From the NCBI GenBank assembly GCA_029564515.1, contig JAKQPV010000026.1, forward strand, positions 158,066-222,065: a stretch of DNA of 64,000 nt, read 5' to 3'. The DNA comes from Spirochaetota bacterium. GTDB taxonomy: Bacteria > Spirochaetota > UBA4802 > UBA5550. Made by a program: the position numbers and the translations under genes. The notes below the pieces were generated by a model that saw nothing but the letters and a program-made list of their open reading frames with translations, made no database searches and had not been told where the DNA came from. Of the stretch, positions 17,351-25,223 are shown piece after piece (within the stretch, counting starts at the first letter, position 1; every line of letters begins with the position of its first letter).

Positions 17351-19183
17351 ATGAAAAAGCTGTATGATATCACATTTGCTTTCATAACGCGGAGCATGGG
17401 ATATGGCATCGCCGTTGTACTGTTTTCCATCCTCTGGTCGGGGCTCATCACCGAGGCCAACCTGCTGTACATATCCCCCACCCTTACGCACTTTTTCGAT
17501 TTCAGCGATGATTTTTTCCTGTTACTCAAGATACTGTTCGTCCTGCCGTTCCCCACGGCAGTAATCCTCTACGGGGGCCTGACCCGTATCGGGATCCCGG
17601 CCCTGCTTCCGAGCTTCCGCACCGCTAACCGTCTCATCGTGGCGGAAGGCGGCTCCATCAGTATCACGGCGGGCCTTTCCAAGGACGAATACAGCGGACT
17701 CCTCAGGGCGATCAACCGGATACCGGTCATTTTTTTCACCGTGGCGGTGATCGAGGTCGCCTACATCGATATCGTTGTCCTGGCCTACGCGTTCTGGATG
17801 AACTACTCAGCCTTCAGCGTCTCGCTCATATTTTTTTCCTGGTTCGCACAGACTACCCTCTACGCCGGCGTCGGCTACCTGCTGGCCGAGACGGTCACGG
17901 GCAGGATGCGCAGGGAGTGCAAGATGATGCTGCGCTCGCTCGGGGCGGACCACGAGCCACCGGCGCCCTCGAGCTTCAAGTACAAGGGGGCAATCATCGC
18001 CGCCCTGGTGGCAAGCATCCTGACGTACGCGATCCTCATGACCTATATCAACCGCGAGGCCTTCGCCCGGGTGCTCATCTACCTGATCACCTTCTTCTCC
18101 ATCCTGTCGTTCCTGTCCTTTCTCATCATGCGGGGCTTCTACAAGGCCCTGTACGACGTCGGCGCGGTCGTGGAGGACCTCAAGGAACGCGGTGAGGGGA
18201 TCATTTTCACCTCCACGCTCGACCGGGAGATCGTGAACCTCGCGGGAGGCATCAACGCCGCGTCGGACACCATTAACGACTACCGCCTCAACCTTGAGTA
18301 CAAGGTCGAGGAACGGACCAGGGAGCTGTCAGAAGCGAAGGACGAGATCGAGGCCGCCATGGAAGAGCTCGAGGCGACAAACGAAACACTGGTCCGGGTA
18401 AACCGAGAGCTGGAGGATTCCAACGTGCGCTTTAAAAAGGACATGCTGATGGCGGCGAGCGTGCAGGCCGCGTTCCTCCCCCGCACTGCTCCGAATTCCG
18501 ACGGTTACGACATCGCCCATGTATTCAAGCCGATGTCCGGCGTTTCCGGTGATTTCTATGACTACTACCTTACTAACGGCAGGCTCGAAGGCGCCGGCCT
18601 CTTCGACGTATCGGGCCACGGAATCTCATCCGGCCTGCTGACGCTGCTGGCACGCTCCATTATCGGCAAGCACTTCGTTAACCACCAGGACGAGAAACTG
18701 GGAACCATGATGGACACCATTAACAAATCGCTCATCAACGAGATCGGCCAGACCGGCTATTACCTTACGGGAATATTACTCCGTTTCAGGGACACGTTGA
18801 TCGAGTACGCCAACTGCGGGCACCCGCACCTGCTCTACCGCTCGGGCCGCACCGGTAACGTCGGACAGGTGACCCCCCCGGACGGCGAGAGCATCGTCGG
18901 TCCGTTCCTGGGCATTGACCTGCTGGATAAAAATTACCGCTCCCTTTCGTTCAGGTTCAATCCCGGCGACTGCCTGATCGCATACACGGACTGCCTGCTT
19001 GAAACGACGAGCCCGGACGGCGCGCACTACGATGAGGCGCGCATCATGAAATCGCTCAGGGAAGCCCCCGACGGCGGCTCCGGGGACATACTGGACCATG
19101 TCATGAAGGACTTCTACGACCATGCGCAAAAAGCCTCTGACTTTTCGGATGACATCACGGCGATCGTCATCAGGAAAAAATAG
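17351..19183 (+). CDS. Membrane-bound SpoIIE/PP2C-family serine phosphatase (RsbU-like) with a coiled-coil linker
   Basis: Multi-TM N-terminus and PP2C/SpoIIE motifs (SGDFYDYY, LFDVSGHGISSG, DDITAIVIRK). Confidence 0.8.
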   Translation: MKKLYDITFAFITRSMGYGIAVVLFSILWSGLITEANLLYISPTLTHFFDFSDDFFLLLKILFVLPFPTAVILYGGLTRIGIPALLPSFRTANRLIVAEGGSISITAGLSKDEYSGLLRAINRIPVIFFTVAVIEVAYIDIVVLAYAFWMNYSAFSVSLIFFSWFAQTTLYAGVGYLLAETVTGRMRRECKMMLRSLGADHEPPAPSSFKYKGAIIAALVASILTYAILMTYINREAFARVLIYLITFFSILSFLSFLIMRGFYKALYDVGAVVEDLKERGEGIIFTSTLDREIVNLAGGINAASDTINDYRLNLEYKVEERTRELSEAKDEIEAAMEELEATNETLVRVNRELEDSNVRFKKDMLMAASVQAAFLPRTAPNSDGYDIAHVFKPMSGVSGDFYDYYLTNGRLEGAGLFDVSGHGISSGLLTLLARSIIGKHFVNHQDEKLGTMMDTINKSLINEIGQTGYYLTGILLRFRDTLIEYANCGHPHLLYRSGRTGNVGQVTPPDGESIVGPFLGIDLLDKNYRSLSFRFNPGDCLIAYTDCLLETTSPDGAHYDEARIMKSLREAPDGGSGDILDHVMKDFYDHAQKASDFSDDITAIVIRKK

Positions 19184-19195
19184 TAGAAAAATTTA

Positions 19196-19380
19196 AGTGC
19201 ATAGTGCATAGTGCATAGTGTATAGTGAATAGTGAATAGTTAATGTAACTGTTCCGCTCTTCCAGAGCGGAACAGTTATTTAACAGGTTGATCGTCCATC
19301 GTTAGTTATTTTTTTTATCCGCAGAAGCGGATAAAAAAAATAACCATAACTATTCACTATTCACTTTTAACTATTCACTG
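19196..19380. repeat. Heptamer-armed nested palindromic element, copy A (two inner hairpins)
   Basis: The left arm is (GTGCATA)x3-GTGTATA-(GTGAATA)x2-GTTAAT. The hairpins span 19247-19277 and 19306-19343. The right arm is ATAACTATTCACTATTCACTTTTAACTATTCACTG. Confidence 0.9.
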
Positions 19381-19413
19381 TTTATACCATACACAAGGGA
19401 GTAAGTAACACGT

Positions 19414-20280
19414 ATGCAGATATACCGGTTAGAGGATAAATGCAGTAATTGCATGCTGTGCGTGCGTGAATGCGTATCAGGCATATGGCGCAACGTCAAC
19501 GGCGTACCCACGCCCGTGGAGATCGACCTGTGCAACCGGTGCAGCCACTGCATAGCGGTGTGCCCGAAAAACGCCATCGTCCACGAGGGTCTCGACGCGA
19601 AGCAGGCACTCCCCGTGAAGAGTCTGAAAATCGACCCGGAGGCATACCGCGGCATAGTGCTCTCCCGCCGGAGCGTCCGCCAGTATAAGGACCGGGCCGT
19701 CCCGCGCGAGCTGATCGGGCGGATACTCGACCTTGCGCGGTATTCTCCCACCGCGAGCAACGACCAGAACGTCGGCTTCATCACGGTGACCGACCGCGCG
19801 CTGATAGGGGAGATCGCGGGCGGAATATTCGGGTTCGCGGACCGGCTCGCGGCCAGGCTCGAGACCGGCCCGGGTCGCCTCTTCATGAAGGTGACGGGAC
19901 TGGCAAAGAACCGCTACATCCGGCGCATGGATTACGCCCGCGAGATGGTCGCCGGGGGGAGGGACATTATCCTTCACAACGCCCCGGTTATGATCCTGGT
20001 GCACGGGCCCGCGAAAGGGAGCTTCGTCTGCGACAACTGCAGCATCGCCGCCACGAACATCATCAACTACGCGCATGCGCTCGGCCTGGGCACCTGCTAC
20101 ATCGGCTTTATGACCCTGGCCCTGCGCTTCAGCAAAAAACTCGGCAAGAAGCTGAAAGTCCCGGAAGGAAGAAAGGTGTACGCGAGCCTGGTAATGGGAT
20201 ACCCGGCTTATTCGCACCCGAATACTGTGTCGAGGAAGAAGGCGGATATACTATGGATAGAAAAATCAGTGAATAGTTGA
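19414..20280 (+). CDS. Fusion protein: N-terminal 2x[4Fe-4S] ferredoxin domain + nitroreductase domain
   Basis: CSNCMLCVRECV and CNRCSHCIAVCP, followed by RRSVRQYKDRAVP and PTASNDQN nitroreductase motifs. Confidence 0.8.
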   Translation: MQIYRLEDKCSNCMLCVRECVSGIWRNVNGVPTPVEIDLCNRCSHCIAVCPKNAIVHEGLDAKQALPVKSLKIDPEAYRGIVLSRRSVRQYKDRAVPRELIGRILDLARYSPTASNDQNVGFITVTDRALIGEIAGGIFGFADRLAARLETGPGRLFMKVTGLAKNRYIRRMDYAREMVAGGRDIILHNAPVMILVHGPAKGSFVCDNCSIAATNIINYAHALGLGTCYIGFMTLALRFSKKLGKKLKVPEGRKVYASLVMGYPAYSHPNTVSRKKADILWIEKSVNS

Positions 20281-20375
20281 TAGTTAATAGTGAATAGTTA
20301 ATGTAAATTTTATTCGCTCCTATGGAGCGAATAAAATTATCCATAACTGTTCACTATACACTATTCACTGTTCAC
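20268..20375. repeat. Heptamer-armed palindromic element, copy B (one inner hairpin, 20306-20338)
   Basis: AGTGAATAGTTGATAGTTAATAGTGAATAGTTAAT ... aattttattcgctcc-tat-ggagcgaataaaatt ... ATAACTGTTCACTATACACTATTCACTGTTCAC. Confidence 0.9.
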
Positions 20376-20393
20376 TAATTCAAGGAGGTCCTC

Positions 20394-21404
20394 ATGCGTA
20401 AAAAAATCATCATCGCCGTGATCTGCGTCGTTGCACTGTTCCACATAGCGTGGTATGCGGGAAGCAAAATATACCAGAACCGGGCGCTGCCCGATAAAGA
20501 ATCCGTGCACAGGCAGCTGGAGAATGACAGGAAAAGGATGAACATGGACGTCGACCTCAAGGCAATGCAGGAGACAACGATAGAAGCCAACGGTTTCACC
20601 CTTCACCTGACGGTATTTCCAGCCGGAGGAAAAGCACCTACCCTGGTGTTCGTTCCCGGAACAACCGCCTATGCGCAGGTCTACTGTCAGTTCATGAGCG
20701 ACATGTACCGCAGGGGATTCAATGTCGTCGGTTTTGACCCGCGCGGCCACGGGCTGAGCAGCGGAGGACGCGGCGATTATACCATCAGCGGGCTCGTGGA
20801 CGACACCCTGGCCGTGGTGAAGTACGCGCGGGCCCGGTTCGGCGGAAAGGTCGCCCTTGCCGGCAGCAGCCAGGGCGGCATGGTGGCCTTTTACGCCGCT
20901 GCCCGCGATGACTCCCTCTCCGCGGCCGTGTGCCATAACATAGCGGACCTCAACGGCAAAGACAACCTGGTGCTCTCAACGATCAGGCCGCCGCTCTTCC
21001 TGGTCCCCGCGGCGGAGCTCCTCATGAGCCTGTACGGGAGCTACTCCCTGCCGATATCCTTCTATCTTGACCTTACAAAGGAGAAATTTCCCGACGGCAC
21101 CGATGCCGCAACCCTTGTACACAAGGACATTCTCGCCGTGTCGTGGATCACCTTCCGGGCCCTGGGCTCCCTGATGCGCACCGGGCTCGCTAAACCGGTC
21201 GAGAAAATCCGCGTCCCCATTTTGCTGATACACGCCGACCGCGACAACATTTTCCCGCAGTCGTATGTCGAGGGCATATACAGCCGGCTGACCTGCCCTA
21301 AAAAGTACCTGCTCTTCAAAAACACGGAGCACCTGGTCATGACCAATAACGTGGGAGAGGTCGTGCCGCCGGTATCGGCCTGGCTCAGGGAAATAATGCG
21401 GTAA
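20394..21404 (+). CDS. Alpha/beta hydrolase (lysophospholipase/monoacylglycerol-lipase-like)
   Basis: N-terminal TM helix, nucleophile elbow GSSQGG (GxSxG), and a late HLVM histidine. Confidence 0.75.
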   Translation: MRKKIIIAVICVVALFHIAWYAGSKIYQNRALPDKESVHRQLENDRKRMNMDVDLKAMQETTIEANGFTLHLTVFPAGGKAPTLVFVPGTTAYAQVYCQFMSDMYRRGFNVVGFDPRGHGLSSGGRGDYTISGLVDDTLAVVKYARARFGGKVALAGSSQGGMVAFYAAARDDSLSAAVCHNIADLNGKDNLVLSTIRPPLFLVPAAELLMSLYGSYSLPISFYLDLTKEKFPDGTDAATLVHKDILAVSWITFRALGSLMRTGLAKPVEKIRVPILLIHADRDNIFPQSYVEGIYSRLTCPKKYLLFKNTEHLVMTNNVGEVVPPVSAWLREIMR

Positions 21405-21424
21405 CGGGTCATCAGTACACTGCC

Positions 21425-21874
21425 ATGTTCAAAGAAAAGATACATACCGGGATCGATATCAACGCCGCTCCCGCGCTGGTCTGGAGCGTGCTGGCCGACC
21501 TGGCCCGCTACCCCGAATGGAACCCGATGATCCGCAGCGCCGCAGGCGAGCTGAAGCGCGGGAGCAGGCTCACCCTGCGGTTCAACCCGCCCGGGACAGG
21601 GGAAACAGTCTTTTGCCCGAAGCTTATGGTCGTGGACCCGGTGCGCGAGCTGCGCTGGCAGGGCCGGCCGGGATTCCCGCTCCTCTTCGAGAGCGTGCAT
21701 GTTTTCATCATCGAGCCGGCCGCAGCGGGCGGGTCCCGGCTCACGCACGACATGCTGTTCTACGGGCTGCTGATACCGCTTGCGCGGGCCAGGATCAGGC
21801 GGTCGATCGAGGGCCCCTTTGTACTGATGAACAAGGCGCTCAAGGCACAGGCTGAGAAAAGTAATGGACAGTAA
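21425..21874 (+). CDS. SRPBCC (polyketide cyclase/dehydrase-like) ligand-binding protein
   Basis: The N-terminal pattern INAAPALVWSVLADLARYPEWNPMI is typical of the SRPBCC/Polyketide_cyc2 family. Confidence 0.65.
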   Translation: MFKEKIHTGIDINAAPALVWSVLADLARYPEWNPMIRSAAGELKRGSRLTLRFNPPGTGETVFCPKLMVVDPVRELRWQGRPGFPLLFESVHVFIIEPAAAGGSRLTHDMLFYGLLIPLARARIRRSIEGPFVLMNKALKAQAEKSNGQ

Positions 21875-21877
21875 AAA

Positions 21878-21985
21878 AGTGAATAGTTAATAGTTAACAG
21901 TGAATAGTGAATGTAAATTTTATTCGCTCCAGTGGAGCGAATAAAATTATCCATAACTGTTCACTATACACTATTCACTGTACAC
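21878..21985. repeat. Heptamer-armed palindromic element, copy C (one inner hairpin, 21916-21948)
   Basis: The core and right arm are identical to copy B over about 80 bp except for the hairpin loop (agt vs tat). Confidence 0.9.
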
Positions 21986-21998
21986 TTAATAGGAATCC

Positions 21999-23000
21999 AT
22001 GACATCGCAGAGAAAACGAACGTTTGAAATTTTGCCCGGCGTCTACCGCATAATCCTCCCCCTGCCGGGCGAGAAGCCGGGGCCGATGAACGTCTATCTC
22101 TTCACCGGGAAGCCCGTGACGATCCTCGATACCGGGACCCTCAAGTCCGTGCCGGTGCTGAAAAGGGAGCTCGCGGGGCTCGGCATGACTTTCGCGGACA
22201 TAGAGCAGATCGTCCTTACCCACGGCCACATAGACCACTACGGCGGCGCCGCCAGCATCGTGCGGGAAGCGGGCCCCGGCATCACGGTGGCAGCCCACAC
22301 AGAGGACCTGACCCTGATCGAGCATGGGATCGAGGTCCCCAAAAGGCAGTTCGCCCGGTATTACCGCCTCATGGGTGCGCCCTTCATCTTCCAGGTGTCC
22401 CTGATGGCGGTCCAGTGGATATTCATGTCCATGGCGGAAAAATGCGACGTCACCCGGCATCTCGCCGACGGCGATACCATTGACCTGGGCGGTCACCGCG
22501 CGACCGTCATCTCGACCCCCGGGCACACGCGCGGGTCCGTCAGCCTGTATCTTAAAAAAGAAAGCATGGTGTTCCCGGGCGATCACATCCTGGGCCACAT
22601 CACCCCGAACGCTTTTGTCATGCTCGAGACGGACTTTGTCCTGCCCCGGCGCATGAGCCAGATCGAGTTTTACGAATCGCTCGGGAAGATCGAGAAGCTC
22701 GGGCCGCGCATCGCCTACCCGGCGCACGGACAGCCGATTGAAGACGTTCGCGGGGTGATCGGGATGTTCCGTGACCAGTTCCGCCAGCGCCAGGGCTATA
22801 TCCTGTCGATACTTGCCGGCGGCGAGCACACGGTCTACGAGATCGGGCGCGCGCTCTTCCCGGACATCAGGGGAAAGCGGCTGCCGCTCGAGATATTTCT
22901 CATGGTGTCGGAAGTGTACACGCACCTCCAGGTGCTTGAGAAGGAAGGGCGGGTCGCGTCGCGCATGCGGGGGAGCGCCCTTCGCTACCGGTTGTCGTAG
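21999..23000 (+). CDS. MBL-fold metallo-hydrolase with a C-terminal winged-helix-like domain
   Basis: HxHxDH motif (LTHGHIDHYGG) and downstream TPGHTRGS. Confidence 0.8.
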   Translation: MTSQRKRTFEILPGVYRIILPLPGEKPGPMNVYLFTGKPVTILDTGTLKSVPVLKRELAGLGMTFADIEQIVLTHGHIDHYGGAASIVREAGPGITVAAHTEDLTLIEHGIEVPKRQFARYYRLMGAPFIFQVSLMAVQWIFMSMAEKCDVTRHLADGDTIDLGGHRATVISTPGHTRGSVSLYLKKESMVFPGDHILGHITPNAFVMLETDFVLPRRMSQIEFYESLGKIEKLGPRIAYPAHGQPIEDVRGVIGMFRDQFRQRQGYILSILAGGEHTVYEIGRALFPDIRGKRLPLEIFLMVSEVYTHLQVLEKEGRVASRMRGSALRYRLS

Positions 23001-23007
23001 CGCCGCA

Positions 23008-23922
23008 TCAGGAGGCCGCCTTCTGCGGCGTCACCGCGGCAAAGTACCGCCCGTTGTCGCCCAGGCACATCTCCCCCATCGCCATCAGGCGGTTCAGGTG
23101 GGTCCGCACGATGCTCTTCTCCCAGTAGAGGACGAAGTCCGAGGGATGCTCCGGGTATATGAAGTGCATCTTCGCCAGCTCGTGTATGGTCGAGGGGTTC
23201 CTCTTCACGTATCCCAGTATCTTCTCTTCGCGCCGCATGATCCGGTCGCGGTATTCGGCGAGCACGGCCCCTATGTTTTCCTCCACCACCCGCGTGCAAT
23301 GCCCGGTCACCAGGAGGCGCGGCTTCAGGTCGATGATCCGGTTGATGGAGGCGATGAAGCTTTCGATGCTGGAATCGCTGTCCCCGTACCAGGGCCCGAC
23401 CGCGGTCAGGCAGATGTCGCCGGTGAATACGATGCCGTCGGCGGGAAAATAGAAGGAGCAGTGCCCCGCCGTGTGCCCCGGCGTATGCATCACGTTGATT
23501 TTCGTGCGCCCGCACTCCACGACCTGCCCGTCCGCCAGGTCCCCGTCCACGCGGAACGGCTCGTACAGCCGGTTCGGCTTGCCGAAGAGCGTCTTGGACA
23601 TCATGAAGTTCTCCACGTCCATGAGCTCGCTCCAGCTGTCGCTGGCAAGGAGCTTCCCGCAAGACTGCATCGCCTCGCGCTCGAACGGATGCGCCCGGAT
23701 GACCGCCTTTGTGAACATGTCGTTGCCGCCGATATGGTCCAGGTGGTGGTGCGAGCAGAGAAGCATATCCACTGTCCAGGGCTCGACCGGGGTCATGGCC
23801 GCGCCCGCGCCGCTGTCGATCATGAGGGTGGAGGCCCCGTCCTTCACGTGCACGCAGTTGCTCGACGAGAATCCGCTCTCCGTGAACACGATTGATATGG
23901 CTTCGGTAAGCTTCTGTATCAT
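23008..23922 (-). CDS. MBL-fold metallo-hydrolase paralog
   Basis: LLCSHHHLDHIGG and HTPGHTAGH. The start is taken at MIQKLTEAIS (ATG 23920-23922 after GAGAGG). The upstream part of ORF 23008..24180 looks non-coding. Confidence 0.8.
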   Translation of the reverse strand: MIQKLTEAISIVFTESGFSSSNCVHVKDGASTLMIDSGAGAAMTPVEPWTVDMLLCSHHHLDHIGGNDMFTKAVIRAHPFEREAMQSCGKLLASDSWSELMDVENFMMSKTLFGKPNRLYEPFRVDGDLADGQVVECGRTKINVMHTPGHTAGHCSFYFPADGIVFTGDICLTAVGPWYGDSDSSIESFIASINRIIDLKPRLLVTGHCTRVVEENIGAVLAEYRDRIMRREEKILGYVKRNPSTIHELAKMHFIYPEHPSDFVLYWEKSIVRTHLNRLMAMGEMCLGDNGRYFAAVTPQKAAS

Positions 23923-24210
23923 TGCGGCACCTCTCGGGGGAACAAACGCCCTGCTATGAAAATTAGAATAGTATCGATGAAATCTTCCGCCGGCGGGGGG
24001 ATGTGTCAATCCTTTTTCAGGAGGGGGAATCCAGATAGTCAAGATGGGGAGAATATGACGCTTGCAAATTATTATCAGCATATCTCCGCAGTTCTTCGGT
24101 GGCAGGACCATCTTTATTACACTGGATTTGATCCTTTCTATATAGTTCATTGCAGCCTCATGATTGATCTCAGGTGACAATTATATTGTCATTGGGGGGG
24201 GGGGTGCATG

Positions 24211-25110
24211 CTAAGGGAGGAAGTTATTAAGATCAATACAGTAATCCACTGATGCTGTAATACCAAAAATATGTTCAAAGCTCATTGATGCTTCTTCTAC
24301 TTTCTTGAGTTTATAAAGCATTTGATACCTGAATCCCAAGGACAAATCAATTGAAACAGCGGAAATAAAATAATCAATGCTGCAACTTGCATTCATGCCG
24401 ATCTTGTTAACATTACTTTGTGTTATATTTGATGGAATATATGTAATTATGCTTGAAGATTCCGTTTTTCCAATATAGTACTGCTCGGTTACCTGATCTG
24501 AAAAGCAAAAAAGGAACGCTGGGTCAATATTAAAAGTCAGCATGTTATTTATTATTGGTATAGAAAAGCCAATTCCAATAAGGGGGATGTATTCATTGGT
24601 TGTATCTGTTATTACTTTCTTCCCCGCCATAAAAAAATCCGAATAGCTAGTAAAGATTCTCAAAATATGATTGCTGGTATGGTTATAAGTAAAACCCATG
24701 GACAGGTTTAAAATTTTATTAAATGAATATCGTATTTTTGTATCACATTCGTATCTTTCCACAACTCCCATCTTATCCATAATTACAATATTACCGAAAT
24801 ATTGATTTTTTTTTGTGGCTGAAAATTGTCCAAATAAAAACATAGACATAATGCTGATATTTTCAGGAAGATTAATGCATATATTGGGACCATACATGAA
24901 ATTTTTTTTTATATATGTTCTATTGATAATATCCGGAGGATAGAAAATGTCACTTGTTTCACCAATATACATAAGTTGGGATTCCAGCACTGGAGATGGA
25001 AGAATCCAGAATGCATACCATGAATTAAAACCCAGTCGGATACTTGTGGCTTCTGAGTATACTGGCGTTAAAATTATTACTAATAATAATACATATTGAA
25101 TAAATTTCAT
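24211..25110 (-). CDS. Secreted hypothetical protein, possibly an outer-membrane beta-barrel
   Basis: Signal peptide (MKFIQYVLLLVIILTPVYSEA) and alternating hydrophobic/aromatic strands. Codon usage is very AT-rich. I recognise no family. Confidence 0.4.
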   Translation of the reverse strand: MKFIQYVLLLVIILTPVYSEATSIRLGFNSWYAFWILPSPVLESQLMYIGETSDIFYPPDIINRTYIKKNFMYGPNICINLPENISIMSMFLFGQFSATKKNQYFGNIVIMDKMGVVERYECDTKIRYSFNKILNLSMGFTYNHTSNHILRIFTSYSDFFMAGKKVITDTTNEYIPLIGIGFSIPIINNMLTFNIDPAFLFCFSDQVTEQYYIGKTESSSIITYIPSNITQSNVNKIGMNASCSIDYFISAVSIDLSLGFRYQMLYKLKKVEEASMSFEHIFGITASVDYCIDLNNFLP

Positions 25111-25223
25111 ATTCTTGATATTTCCACCATATATTGCTGAATCACTCAGTCTTTTGGTATGTCCCCATGGGTCAATAATTTTCGGAGAGTGCAGTTATCA
25201 CTGAATTGATTATAGAAACAATA

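Noticed and set aside
19306-19343. Inner hairpins of the repeat family as intrinsic terminators
   Set aside because: On both strands the T-run precedes the stem and the A-run follows it (ttatttttttt-stem-loop-stem-aaaaaaaataa). This is the wrong polarity for rho-independent termination.
20129-20344. Short ORFs translating the repeat elements (20129..20344, 21760..21954, 40943..41470 N-terminus, 41957..42157), which give similar peptides such as MDNFIRS.GANKIYI.YSLLTINYSL
   Set aside because: Their similarity comes from the DNA repeats themselves. The frames differ between copies, they have no RBS, and they overlap real genes.
23923-24180. N-terminal 86 codons of ORF 23008..24180, and + ORF 23956..24177
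   Set aside because: The MBL domain begins at the internal MIQKL start, which has an RBS. The upstream stretch has non-coding-like composition and no homology signal.
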